Positions 45,001 through 54,273 of a stretch of 64,000 bases of DNA are shown here, in pieces (position 1 is the first letter of the stretch; every line of letters begins with the position of its first letter). The stretch lies in assembly GCA_025963485.1 (NCBI GenBank), contig JAOQAO010000067.1:796-64795 (forward strand). Reading direction: 5' to 3'. The notes below the pieces were generated by a model. That model had not been told where the DNA came from. It searched no databases and worked only from the letters and a program-made list of their open reading frames with translations. A program made the position numbers and the translations under genes. The DNA comes from Bacteroidota bacterium. Lineage in GTDB: Bacteria > Bacteroidota > Bacteroidia > Chitinophagales > LD1.

Positions 45001-48000
45001 TGTAGAGTTCATAGAGTTCTGGGTACTTGATCCTTTCATCACGCATCCCACTAGCCAGGGCGGCCAGCTATATATAAACCTGGGTAATGTATCCGAGGAT
45101 ATCCTGAAGGATTCCCGCCTGATGATGGAGAATGGCCTAAATCAGGACCGCAGCCAGATGGACAGGACCAGCTGGGGCAATGTACCTAAGCTACTCCCGC
45201 TGACCAATGCATTCACCTCCGATCAGGACAGGCCGTACGAGGATGTCGGTTTCGATGGCATGAGAGACCAGGAAGAGCGCGATAGCCTTGTGCCGTTCCT
45301 TACTGCCTGTGCTTCCTTCCTGAGTCCTGCTGCATTAGCCAAACTCCAGAATGACCCGTCATCTGATGATTATGTTTTCTTCAACGATGCGACTATATCT
45401 TCTGAACCCAATATCGCTATCCGTTACAAGAACTTCAACGGTCCTGATGGCAATACACCTATCCAGTCGGGAAATAGCCTGAGCACAGCAGGAAGCAGCC
45501 TTCCTGATGGCGAAGACCTCAATAAAGATAATACGCTCAATGAAGATGAAGAGTACTTCCAATATCGCGTAGACATGACACCGGGCATGGATGTGGGCAA
45601 TAACAAATACATCATCAATAAGCAGCCTTCGTCTGTCATCGGGCCAAACGGCCAGCCGGAAAACTGGTTCCAGTTCCGCGTGCCTATTCACGACTACGAT
45701 GCACAGGTGGGCAATCTGCCGGACTTCAAGTCTATTCAGTTCATGCGCGTATTTATGACCGGTTGGGATTCTGCTGTGGTACTGCGTCTGGCTACCATGG
45801 ACCTCATCAGAAATCAGTGGAGGGCATACAATTATCCTATCGATCCGGGTTCAGATTTCCTGCCTAGTGACAATGGCGGCTCAGCTTATTTTGATGTAGG
45901 CAAAGTGAACATAGAAGAAAATAGCGCCAAGACCCCGGTCAACTATATCCTGCCTCCGAATATTGACCGCACCTATGCTATCGGAGCCCAGACCAATCAG
46001 TACGTGCAACAGAATGAACAATCGCTCTCTCTCAAAACCTGCGGCCTCGAAGACGGAAATTCCAAAGCTGTATTCAAATCCGTGGGCCTCGATCTGCGCC
46101 GCTACTATCACCTGAATATGTACGTCCATGCTAACCGCATAGAGAGCCAGGCACCGATCAAGGACGGAGATGTGACGGCTTTCGTGCGTCTGGGCACGGA
46201 CTTCACGGCCAACTACTATCAATATGAGATACCGCTCCACGTGCTCAAGTCGGCAGATGAGAAAAGCAACTTCAGTAGCGACGTGCAAGCCGACAGAGAC
46301 TCCGTTTGGCCCGCGGTCAATAACGTGGATATCGACCTCCAGTATATCGTAGACCTCAAGATCGAACGCAACGCCAAGAATTGGCCAAAGACAGTTCCAT
46401 ATAAGAAATTCATAAATAACCGTATATACACTATCGTAGGAAACCCCGATCTCGGTGCGCTCAAAGACGTCATGCTCGGTATCAAAAACCCACAGAAAGG
46501 CGATACCGCATATAACAATCCAGGCGATGACGGACAGTCCAAGTGTGTAGAGGTTTGGTTCGATGAGCTTCGCCTCGCGGGACTCGATCAGCACGGAGGT
46601 ACCGCAGCGCTCGGTGAGGTAGCTGTGAAACTCGCCGACCTGGGTCGTATCAACCTCACAGGAAGTATGCACACGCATGGTTTCGGGCAGATAGAGCAGA
46701 AGATAGACCAGCGATACAAAGACGATCTGTATCAGTACTCTGCCTCGGGAAATTTTGAGCTAGGCAAACTCTTCCCTGCCAAAGCAGGTATACGCTTGCC
46801 GTTCTATGGCAGCATCGCGCAATCATTTAGCTTACCTGAATTTGATCCGTACCAAAACGATATCCGCTCCGTACAGGAGATCGATGCACTGAAAAAAGCA
46901 GGAATGAGCAATGACTCAGTAAGTGCATACAAAAAGCAGATAGAAACGATCAATACACGTCGCGGATTCAACTTCTCCGGTGTGCGCATCATGCCTAAGC
47001 TCACATCCAAGCGCCAGCGCATCTACGACCCTGCCAACTTCACCTTTACCTATTCCTACAATGAGATATTACTCAGCGATCCATACGTGGAGCTCAATAA
47101 GCGAAAGACCCATATTGGTATTGTAGGCTGGAGCTTTTCGCCGCAGGCCAAGGAGTTTACCCCGTTCAAACGGATCATAAAGAGCAGGAGCAAATGGCTT
47201 GACCTCTTCAGGGATTTCAATTTCAATATTATGCCCGCTACCCTCAGCTTCAATACTGATGTCAACCGGGATTTCAACTCTGTCAAATTGCGGGCGCTGG
47301 GAGATTCTGACCCTATCCCTACTACATACAATAAGTCCTTCAAATGGAATCGTGTCTACGCTTTCAAATACAACCCATTCAAATCCCTTAGCATTGATTA
47401 TTCTGCCAATAATCAATCGCGCATAGATGAGTATGACGGCGAGGTAGACACCAAAGAGAAAAAAGATTTTATCTGGAATAACTTCAAGAAAGGCGGACGC
47501 AATACGAACTATGCGCAAAATTTTGCGGCAGCCTACACACTTCCTATCAATAAAATACCTGCGCTGGATTTCGTAGCATCCAATGTCGGCTACTCTTCTT
47601 CGTACACGTGGGTGGCTTCGCCACAGGTATTTGACGACTCGACCCAATTCCACAAAGACAATCCTCTGGGAAATACTATTAGCAATACGCAAAACCTAAG
47701 AGGTAAGGTAGATCTCAATTTTAAGAAGATCTATGATAAGCTGCCATTCCTCAAGACCTACAACTCGCCCAATCCAAATCTCGGCGACAAAAAAGAAAAT
47801 GACAAGAAGCGTGATGCCGTGCGCAAAGCCCGTGCAAAGATCATGGAGGAGATCGACAAGCTAAAAGAGAAGAAGGATAAACTAAAGGCAGACCTGGCGG
47901 CCCTCGGCAACGACAAGGCCATACCTGACTCTGTCGCCAAGGTCAAGGCAAAGCAATTCAAAAAAGACATCAAGGGTGTGAAGAAACAGATCCGGGACAA

Positions 48001-49495
48001 ACGCAAGGATTACCGCTCCAAGCAGATGCCGCCAGACCCGATCATCTCTATCATCATGAGGCCCCTGCTTTCGCTCAAGACGGGTAGCATCGAATATCGC
48101 GAAACAAAAGGTACGACCCTATCAGGCTTCATGCCTTCCACCAATCTGCTGGGCAATAATAATAAGCTGGCCGCACCGGGTTATGATTTTGCATTCGGTG
48201 CGCAGCCGGGAGACAGGCTATTTGGCAGCACCAATACCGCAGCATCTGACAGGTGGCTCGATAGAGCAGCATCAAAAGGCTGGATCAGCGATGACACGCT
48301 GCTTAATCAGAAATTTATCCAGACCAAGCTCACCCGCCTCGACATCAAGGCTGGCTTCGAGCTCTTCCCGGATTTCAAAGTTGATCTGTCACTATTCCGC
48401 GAGGTATCGGAAAATCAAAGTGAATTTTTCAAAGTAGTCGATCCAACATCGGGCAGATGGGAGCATCTCAATCCTATGGTCATAGGATCATACACTATCT
48501 CCTATGTGCCTGTCAATACTTTCTTTAAACCGATAGATGCGAAAGGATTTTCAGAGACCTATTCCCAGTTTGAAAATAACCGAACGATCATCTCAAATCG
48601 ACTCGGTGCAGGAAATCCTAACACCGTTGGCGACTGGAAGAATCCTACGGACAGTACGGGCAATACATATAATCATAACTACCGGCAGGGTTATGGCCCG
48701 TTGCAGCAGGATGTATTGATCGCGTCCTTCCTCGCAGCATACAATCACAAGGATGCACATACGGTCAATCTCAATCCATTCCGCTCGACACCGATGCCTA
48801 ACTGGCGCGTATCATACAATGGCCTCACTAAGATCAAGTGGATGAAGAAGATCTTTACCAACTTCACCCTCTCTCACGGATATAGCTCGACCCTCACAGT
48901 TAGCAGTTTCCAGACCAATCTGGATGCCGTCAAGGATACCCGAGGCAACCTTAGCAAGATAGATTCCATCAGCAATAACTATTATGCAGGACTGAATATG
49001 CCGAGCATTATTATCAATGAGCAATTTTCACCGCTCATCGGCCTCGATATGACTTTCGTCAATAAGATCAGTGCACGATTTGATTATAAAACTTCACGGA
49101 CACTCACGATGAGCTTTGCGGATTACCAGCTCATAGAGAATAAATCTACTACGATCACTGTCGGTGCGGGCTATACGATCAAGGGATTGAAACTACCATT
49201 CAAGAATCCTAAGACCGGAAAGAAAATGCGCCTGGATAATGATCTTAAGTTTAAGGTGGATGTGTCGTACCGCGATGGTATCACGATCAATCACCGTATA
49301 GATCAGACAGAACCGCAGATCACCGCTGGCAGCAATACGCTAACTATCAGCCCGGCCATAGACTATATGGTCAATAAGAACATCAATGTGCGTCTCTTCT
49401 GTGACTACAGCCATACCAACCCGCGCGTACTGTCCAGCTTCCCTACTACCAATATCAAGGGAGGCATACAGCTCAGAATGTCATTGACACAATAA
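42032..49495 (+). CDS. sprA: T9SS outer-membrane translocon SprA (Sov)
   Basis: 2487 aa. The N-terminal block LKYPMKDRQGDYI...DPFYLADPSNVKKDVEYDPTTGKYIV and the internal lysine-rich coiled segment are typical of SprA. It starts 2 nt after the ruvA stop. Confidence 0.9.
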   Translation: MQIKHRIYTGFLTFAAMSTFVLGYSNNYVRLWKSASPSAAAAAEPVPMPADTPPLKYPMKDRQGDYITDKKKDPFYLADPSNVKKDVEYDPTTGKYIVTEKVGDVNIKEPLYLTYDEYLKYTEKQERDEYFKSRSNAITLIEDKSLIPPINMKNKILDRLFGGTKIEVKPQGNLDLTLGGNYQKIDNPNIPIRNRHTGGFDFDMNINMNVVAKIGDKLQLGLKYNTQSGFDFDNQVKLGYTGKEDDIIKEIAIGNVSMTLPTRLITGSQALFGFKTKLQFGRLTWTSIISQQKSKTQSITVENGAQRTNFELRADQYDDSRHFFMAQHFRDQYDYALSDMPTIQSIVNVTRLEVWVTNRNGTTQNVRDVVALADLGEKTPFNYPATANGSTNPDNSSNGLYGAIANNVNGRYVDHVENTMANLGFQQGQDFEKTYARKLQPTEYTFSPNLGYISLNTALNPNDVLGIAFQYEVNGTIYKVGEFSNEIPPDSNTTSKVIYLKLIKGSSVRVALPYYKLMMKNIYSLGAYQVSPEDFRLNIYYNDPGGGEKQYMPQGCIKGKPLIKVLNLDNLNSQGDAQPDGQFDFVPGITIIPQNGRIIFPVLQPFGQDLQKAFDACGTPQQLSTQFVYQQLYDSTKFNAQQFPERNRFIIRGQYKGSNGSQISLGGINIPKGSVKVSAGGQLLKEGLDYEVDYSLGKVTILNQGVLNSGQQVKIDFENNNQFGFQQKSLYGTRLDYLVNKKFNIGATVMHMTERPFTQKVNIGEDPISNTIFGADVKYETNAAWLTKILDKLPIYSTKEMSTISAYAEVAHLSPGHQKSINDASGQGQVYIDDFEGSTTNYDLKNPLNNWKLASTPRYAPDAAGKVLFPEATLTSDPRYGYNRAKFAWYRIDNTFYTNASTTITDPYQRIVSQKEIYPNKPNQLLDNNIYTFDLAMYPLERGPYNYEQSNSSTPGISAGVNADGSLKSPRSRWGGIMRALDNTDLETSNVEFIEFWVLDPFITHPTSQGGQLYINLGNVSEDILKDSRLMMENGLNQDRSQMDRTSWGNVPKLLPLTNAFTSDQDRPYEDVGFDGMRDQEERDSLVPFLTACASFLSPAALAKLQNDPSSDDYVFFNDATISSEPNIAIRYKNFNGPDGNTPIQSGNSLSTAGSSLPDGEDLNKDNTLNEDEEYFQYRVDMTPGMDVGNNKYIINKQPSSVIGPNGQPENWFQFRVPIHDYDAQVGNLPDFKSIQFMRVFMTGWDSAVVLRLATMDLIRNQWRAYNYPIDPGSDFLPSDNGGSAYFDVGKVNIEENSAKTPVNYILPPNIDRTYAIGAQTNQYVQQNEQSLSLKTCGLEDGNSKAVFKSVGLDLRRYYHLNMYVHANRIESQAPIKDGDVTAFVRLGTDFTANYYQYEIPLHVLKSADEKSNFSSDVQADRDSVWPAVNNVDIDLQYIVDLKIERNAKNWPKTVPYKKFINNRIYTIVGNPDLGALKDVMLGIKNPQKGDTAYNNPGDDGQSKCVEVWFDELRLAGLDQHGGTAALGEVAVKLADLGRINLTGSMHTHGFGQIEQKIDQRYKDDLYQYSASGNFELGKLFPAKAGIRLPFYGSIAQSFSLPEFDPYQNDIRSVQEIDALKKAGMSNDSVSAYKKQIETINTRRGFNFSGVRIMPKLTSKRQRIYDPANFTFTYSYNEILLSDPYVELNKRKTHIGIVGWSFSPQAKEFTPFKRIIKSRSKWLDLFRDFNFNIMPATLSFNTDVNRDFNSVKLRALGDSDPIPTTYNKSFKWNRVYAFKYNPFKSLSIDYSANNQSRIDEYDGEVDTKEKKDFIWNNFKKGGRNTNYAQNFAAAYTLPINKIPALDFVASNVGYSSSYTWVASPQVFDDSTQFHKDNPLGNTISNTQNLRGKVDLNFKKIYDKLPFLKTYNSPNPNLGDKKENDKKRDAVRKARAKIMEEIDKLKEKKDKLKADLAALGNDKAIPDSVAKVKAKQFKKDIKGVKKQIRDKRKDYRSKQMPPDPIISIIMRPLLSLKTGSIEYRETKGTTLSGFMPSTNLLGNNNKLAAPGYDFAFGAQPGDRLFGSTNTAASDRWLDRAASKGWISDDTLLNQKFIQTKLTRLDIKAGFELFPDFKVDLSLFREVSENQSEFFKVVDPTSGRWEHLNPMVIGSYTISYVPVNTFFKPIDAKGFSETYSQFENNRTIISNRLGAGNPNTVGDWKNPTDSTGNTYNHNYRQGYGPLQQDVLIASFLAAYNHKDAHTVNLNPFRSTPMPNWRVSYNGLTKIKWMKKIFTNFTLSHGYSSTLTVSSFQTNLDAVKDTRGNLSKIDSISNNYYAGLNMPSIIINEQFSPLIGLDMTFVNKISARFDYKTSRTLTMSFADYQLIENKSTTITVGAGYTIKGLKLPFKNPKTGKKMRLDNDLKFKVDVSYRDGITINHRIDQTEPQITAGSNTLTISPAIDYMVNKNINVRLFCDYSHTNPRVLSSFPTTNIKGGIQLRMSLTQ

Positions 49496-49537
49496 TTGCA
49501 GAAACAGGTCGCGAACTGTCACTACTATAAGTAATAG

Positions 49538-49574
49538 AAAAAGCCGTCTCAGTTCAATGAGACGGCTTTTTATT
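49538..49574. terminator. bidirectional Rho-independent terminator between sprA and slyD
   Basis: 14-bp stem AAAAAGCCGTCTCA / TGAGACGGCTTTTT with a 6-nt loop. The A-tract and T-tract form part of the arms. Confidence 0.8.
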
Positions 49575-49607
49575 GCTTGAGACTTGCTACTTGCAGCTCA
49601 CGACTAT

Positions 49608-50114
49608 TTAGTGATGTGAATGGTCGCCTCCGTGATGGATGTGTCCATGTTCCAGTTCGCTGGCATGTGCATCACGCACACCCTTTACTTCTCCTGAGAA
49701 ATAAAGCGTCTTGCCCGCAAACGGATGGTTAAGGTCAATAGTCACTTCATCATCGCTGATATCAGTGATACGCCCCTGGAATGGATTGCCAAACTGATCC
49801 TGTAGTGGAATAAGGTTGCCTACCTCGATGAGATGTGATGCATCTTCACCTTCAAACTGAAAATCGCTTTTCTTCATTTTGATGATCGCCTCGGGATCGA
49901 GCTCTCCGTAACCATCAGCTGCAGAAAGTACAAAGCTGAACTGATTGCCGGCGATCAGGCCCTCCAGGTTATTTTCAAATTTATCAAGTACATTGCCATG
50001 TCCGAAAAGGAATTCAAACGGAGCATCTGCTGTAGCCTCATCCATGATAGGGCCATTTGGTTCATTGCGCAATTGGTAAGTCAATGACACTACCGAATTT
50101 TTAGTTGCTTTCAT
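49608..50114 (-). CDS. slyD: FKBP-type peptidyl-prolyl isomerase, SlyD-like, with a His-rich tail
   Basis: VVSLTYQLRNE...FEFLFGHGNVLDKFENNLEGL has an FKBP plus IF-domain layout. The C-terminus is HGHIHHGGDHSHH. Confidence 0.8.
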   Translation of the reverse strand: MKATKNSVVSLTYQLRNEPNGPIMDEATADAPFEFLFGHGNVLDKFENNLEGLIAGNQFSFVLSAADGYGELDPEAIIKMKKSDFQFEGEDASHLIEVGNLIPLQDQFGNPFQGRITDISDDEVTIDLNHPFAGKTLYFSGEVKGVRDAHASELEHGHIHHGGDHSHH

Positions 50115-50254
50115 TGTAAAAAAATATGTGTGATATAATGGCGAAGTGAAACGGAGAGGATTAGTCAGGGCCTCATTTCTTGCGCCCCAAAAATAACATT
50201 ATTCCCGAATTGTGTTTATTGCTACTTTCGGGCTATTATTTCAGATCACAACAC

Positions 50255-50698
50255 ATGAAAAATATTATTAATTCATCTGACCGTCAGGAAATTATCTCCC
50301 GGATCCATCAGCTCACTCCTGACCATAAAGGGCAGTGGGGGAAAATGGATGTAGCTCAAATGCTGACACATTGCCAGCGCCCGATGGAGCTCGCCCTGAC
50401 CAACCCCAAACCGCCTCGTAAACTGCTCGGATATATACTCGGCCCAATGGCCAAAAACAGTGTATTTGGCCCTAAACCATACGAAAGGAACGGTTATACT
50501 CCACCTGAATTTAAGATAGCCGATCCACAGGTTTTCGGAGAGAATAAAGAAAAGCTGCTGAAACTCATCGACCGGTTCCCGCAGGAGATGCCAAACGCGG
50601 GACTCAATCATCCGTTTTTTGGACCATTACCCCTTGATGTATAGGGCCAAGGGCAGTACAAACACCTCGACCACCATCTCGCTCAGTTTGGTGTATAA
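50255..50698 (+). pseudogene. DUF1569 (DinB-like) gene interrupted by an in-frame TAG 18 codons before the conserved C-terminal end
   Basis: From the ATG at 50255 the product is MKNIINSSDRQEIISRIHQL...GLNHPFFGPLPLDV, ending at TAG (50642-50644). The same frame continues GQGQYKHLDHHLAQFGV-TAA (to 50698), which is the usual family C-terminus (..YKH.DHHL.QF..). Confidence 0.6.
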
Positions 50699-50766
50699 TA
50701 CAAGTGCAGATCAGTTGTATTACTAATGATGGCTATGCGCTCTATGTAGTTAAAGGATTTTGACCC

Positions 50767-51561
50767 TTACGGCAGGTCGGTGATCTCATCAAAGCCTCTA
50801 AAGTAAGGATCTTCAAACTTCAGATCCTTATAGTATACGAGCGACCACTTGCCTTCATTGTATTCCAGCGCTGTCATATTCTCGACCCAGTCTCCTGAGT
50901 TCATATATATCACAGAACCGGCTTCGGTAGTTATTTCTTTGATGATCGGCAGGTGTATGTGCCCATTGAGCACATAGTCATAACCTTCATCTATGGCTAT
51001 CTCCGCCGCGGCCATTTCATAATTATTTATCTGTTTGATGCCGCGTTTGGTGGCGTCCTTGATCGCTTTGGTGAAGTTGATATTCTCTGCGCCCCACAGC
51101 GACCGCAGCACATTTACAAATTTATTGATCAATATCAGCAGTTCGTATCCGGTATTGCCCAGCTTGGCCAGCCAGCGCGAGCCGCGCATCGTCACATCAA
51201 ATATATCCCCGTGAAATATCCAGTGCTTCTTGCCATCGAGATCAAGTATCAGTTTATCCTCCAGCTCCAGATTGCCGAGGTTCATACCGCTATACCTGCG
51301 TAGCAGCTCATCATGATTACCAGTGAGGTAGTACACCTTCACTCCCTGGCTGATAAATTTGAAAACACGTTGTAAAACTTTGGAATGCGACTTTGGAAAG
51401 TAATATGACCGAAACTGCCAGATATCTATGAAGTCGCCATTGATCACCAGCATCTCCGGTTCGATGGATTTGAGGTATTTGTTCAGCTCCTTGGCCTTGC
51501 AGCCCAGAAAACCCAGATGCACATCAGATATGACCACAACTTTGACCCGGCGCTTACTCAT
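50767..51561 (-). CDS. lpxH: UDP-2,3-diacylglucosamine diphosphatase (LpxH-family metallophosphoesterase)
   Basis: VVVISDVHLG, INGDFIDIW, YLTGNHDE, IFHGDIFD and LNGHIHLP blocks are co-linear with LpxH. Confidence 0.7.
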   Translation of the reverse strand: MSKRRVKVVVISDVHLGFLGCKAKELNKYLKSIEPEMLVINGDFIDIWQFRSYYFPKSHSKVLQRVFKFISQGVKVYYLTGNHDELLRRYSGMNLGNLELEDKLILDLDGKKHWIFHGDIFDVTMRGSRWLAKLGNTGYELLILINKFVNVLRSLWGAENINFTKAIKDATKRGIKQINNYEMAAAEIAIDEGYDYVLNGHIHLPIIKEITTEAGSVIYMNSGDWVENMTALEYNEGKWSLVYYKDLKFEDPYFRGFDEITDLP

Positions 51562-51689
51562 GTTCTCAAATATAGATATTAGATATGAGAACCAGGAGCC
51601 GGGAAATACATCATCTTTTCTTCTTGTCCCTTGACTCTTGGTTCTTGATTCTAGTTTCTTAATTTCACCTTATAAACTAAAACTAAACT

Positions 51690-52400
51690 ATGGGTCGCGC
51701 GTTTGAATACCGGAAAGAGAAAAAGTTTAAAAGATGGGGTGCTATGGCCAAGGCCTTCACCCGTATAGGCAAGGAAATAGCCATATCTGTCAAACTAGGC
51801 GGCCCGAGCCCGGAGACCAACTCCCGCCTCCGCCAGGCCATCATGAACGCCAAAGGCGCCAACATGCCCAAAGCCAACGTAGATGCAGCGATCAAAAAGG
51901 CTTCTAATAAAGACACCGCCAACTACGAAGAGGTAACCTATGAAGGCTACGCTCCTCACGGCGTGGCCCTGGTAGTAGATACGCAGACAGACAATACTAC
52001 CCGGACCGTATCAAACCTTCGTGTACACTTCAATAAGCTGGGCGGCACCATGGGCACGATGGGTGCGGTAGAATATATGTTCAAGAAAAAGGCTGTCTTT
52101 AAATTTAATAAAGGCAAGCTCAATCTTGAGGAACTGGAGTTTGAACTCATAGACCACGGCCTGACCGATATACAATCGGACGAAGAAGTGGTGATCGCTA
52201 CCGGTGAGTTTGTCGATTACGGCAGGCTGCATAAAGCTATCGAGGATAAAGGTATCGAGATCACAGAATCCACTTACGACAAGATACCTGACTTCTACAA
52301 GGAAGGGCTTACAGACGAGGAGGCCGATGATGTCATCAAGCTCATCGAAAGGCTCGAAGAAGACGATGACGTGAGCATGGTCTTCCACAATATGAAGTAG
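51690..52400 (+). CDS. YebC/PmpR-family transcriptional regulator
   Basis: MGRAFEYRKEKKFKRWGAMAKAFTRIGKEI...YEGYAPHGVALVV. 236 aa. Confidence 0.9.
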   Translation: MGRAFEYRKEKKFKRWGAMAKAFTRIGKEIAISVKLGGPSPETNSRLRQAIMNAKGANMPKANVDAAIKKASNKDTANYEEVTYEGYAPHGVALVVDTQTDNTTRTVSNLRVHFNKLGGTMGTMGAVEYMFKKKAVFKFNKGKLNLEELEFELIDHGLTDIQSDEEVVIATGEFVDYGRLHKAIEDKGIEITESTYDKIPDFYKEGLTDEEADDVIKLIERLEEDDDVSMVFHNMK

Positions 52401-52421
52401 TCCCTTCATTACATTTGTATA

Positions 52422-53006
52422 ATGCTTTTCATAACCGGCTTCTATCTTGTGTTTAATATACTGGCAGGCGCGGTGTTGTCAGCTTATTATTTCAAGAGAG
52501 AACACTATACTGTGTATGGCCATGAGATATTGCTCCTTCTTTTGTTTCCCGCAGCGGGGCTCGGATATTGGATATACCACAGGGACCTTCGGGAAAATAT
52601 CGCTACAGACCTGCCATTGAACTGGTACATATGGAAACATATGGTGAAGATCCATACTGCCCTCATGATCGCGTTAGGCTTGTTTGCTATCTCCACTCTA
52701 TCCGGATGCGGGGCCATGGTGGGCGGCGGGCTACATTGGGCCGATCACCAGAATAATGCCAGCGCTGTAGGCCTTGGGCTCATGTATAATGCTGTATCCG
52801 GCGTGGTTTTCGGCTTGATCCTCTTGTTTGTATTGCTCGGATTAGGGATCACGGGCTTGCTTATGATCGGACTGCCGGCTTTCATCGCTCACTCTATCAA
52901 GTCCAATGTGTATATGATGAAATACCAGCAGGAAAAAGAGAAGAAACAAATGGATAAATTGCAGGATCTTTTACCAAACGAATCAAATGACACTCGAAAC
53001 ACTTAA
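52422..53006 (+). CDS. integral membrane protein (hypothetical)
   Basis: 194 aa with about 5 hydrophobic segments. No family recognised. Its last 20 nt overlap the next gene. Confidence 0.5.
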   Translation: MLFITGFYLVFNILAGAVLSAYYFKREHYTVYGHEILLLLLFPAAGLGYWIYHRDLRENIATDLPLNWYIWKHMVKIHTALMIALGLFAISTLSGCGAMVGGGLHWADHQNNASAVGLGLMYNAVSGVVFGLILLFVLLGLGITGLLMIGLPAFIAHSIKSNVYMMKYQQEKEKKQMDKLQDLLPNESNDTRNT

Positions 53007-53745
53007 TATTATCACCGCCATCTGGATCGGTATCGGCCTGATCTCCTTACCGGTACTTCTTAATGTAACTCAGCCATACGGCCGTCACACCTCCGGCAAA
53101 TGGGGACCGATGATAGACAACCGCCTGGGATGGATAATACAGGAAGCGCCATCGCTGATATTTTTGTCCTTCTTCTTTTTTACCGGTCCATTGCTGAAAA
53201 CTCATACCTCATATTTCTTCTGGGGGCTGTGGGTAGCGCACTACATCTATCGCAGTTTTATCTTTCCGCTGCGAACCAAAACGACCGGCAAAAAGATCCC
53301 ATTGCTGATCGTCGCATCGGCCATTGGTTTCAACTTCATGAATGGATTTACCAACGGTACTTACCTCGGCAGCTTCGGGGGGAACCATGACGACAGCTAT
53401 TTCACCTCGCCCCGTTTCATTATCGGTATTATTGTTTTCATCACCGGCGTCGTGATCAATCATCAATCGGACAATATCCTCCTCTCGCTCCGCAAGCCGG
53501 GAGAAACAGGTTACAAGATCCCGCAGGGTGGATTGTTCAAATACATCTCAGGACCCAATTTTTTTGGAGAAATGATAGAGTGGGCAGGTTTTGCCATCAT
53601 GGTCTGGAGCCTTCCGGCATTGGGCTTTGCGATATGGACCATAGTCAATCTCACACCACGTGCACTCGATCACCACAAATGGTATTTGTCCAAGTTCCCC
53701 GATTATCCGAAAGAGAGAAAGGCATTGGTGCCGTTTATTTTGTAG
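52987..53745 (+). CDS. 3-oxo-5-alpha-steroid 4-dehydrogenase (SRD5A/polyprenol reductase-like) family membrane protein
   Basis: The C-terminal block GLFKYISGPNFFGEMIEWAGFAI...HHKWYLSKFPDYPKERKALVPFIL is the family hallmark. Confidence 0.75.
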   Translation: MTLETLNIITAIWIGIGLISLPVLLNVTQPYGRHTSGKWGPMIDNRLGWIIQEAPSLIFLSFFFFTGPLLKTHTSYFFWGLWVAHYIYRSFIFPLRTKTTGKKIPLLIVASAIGFNFMNGFTNGTYLGSFGGNHDDSYFTSPRFIIGIIVFITGVVINHQSDNILLSLRKPGETGYKIPQGGLFKYISGPNFFGEMIEWAGFAIMVWSLPALGFAIWTIVNLTPRALDHHKWYLSKFPDYPKERKALVPFIL

Positions 53746-53748
53746 GCT

Positions 53749-54249
53749 TTATCTGCTTTTTATATCCTTGTCCAGTCTGTCGACCCTGTCATTCAGTTTT
53801 TTCACTTCCTCGATCAGCGAATCGTCGACATCCTTGTGCATGACGTGCTCTAAAAAATCCCCGACCTTGACCGACAGCGAATCTCCTATCGAACTATTTT
53901 CTTCAGCCGAAAAAGAAAGTGTATCCCCATAGTGTATCTGGGCTTTCCCATTGCCCGGAGTAATGCTTATCATTTTTGCACCAAACAAATCCGCACTTTT
54001 CACCGCAAATCTGCTGTCATTAGACAGAATAATGTCTTTTTCAAAAATGATCTTTGCCAAAGATTTAAAGTCAGCAGTAAGATATGTTTTGTCTACATGC
54101 CCTATCCTATAACCATGTATACAGACTTCTTCGCCTCCTTTCAGACCGGTCTCATCGGTAGTTTTTAGATAGAATTCTTTTTCTCCGAGTACACAAGAAC
54201 TCAAGGTGAGGCAAAAAAAAGCAACAAAGAATGTGCAATATCTTTTCAT
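53749..54249 (-). CDS. MlaD/MCE-domain lipoprotein
   Basis: Lipoprotein-like signal (LTLSSC). Contains GLKGGEEVCIHGYRIGHVDKTYL...SNDSRFAVKSADLFGAKMISITPGNG...GDTL. Confidence 0.6.
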   Translation of the reverse strand: MKRYCTFFVAFFCLTLSSCVLGEKEFYLKTTDETGLKGGEEVCIHGYRIGHVDKTYLTADFKSLAKIIFEKDIILSNDSRFAVKSADLFGAKMISITPGNGKAQIHYGDTLSFSAEENSSIGDSLSVKVGDFLEHVMHKDVDDSLIEEVKKLNDRVDRLDKDIKSR

Positions 54250-54273
54250 ATTTGTTCTGAGCCTTAATAATTG

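Noticed and set aside
45881-47692. Minus-strand ORFs of 265 aa and 207 aa inside sprA
   Set aside because: They are fully embedded antisense in a confidently identified 2487-aa gene and have no motifs. Such ORFs are expected by chance in a long gene.
50642-50644. TAG as a reassigned sense codon (for example pyrrolysine-type or other recoding) in the DUF1569 gene
   Set aside because: TAG terminates other well-defined genes in the window at the expected protein ends (for example asd). A simple nonsense mutation or base-call error is far more likely.
51567-51574. CAAATATA (reverse of TAnnTTTG) as the lpxH-like promoter -7 box
   Set aside because: It lies only 6 nt from the ATG, too close for a normal -7 element unless the mRNA is leaderless. 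There is no supporting -33 element.
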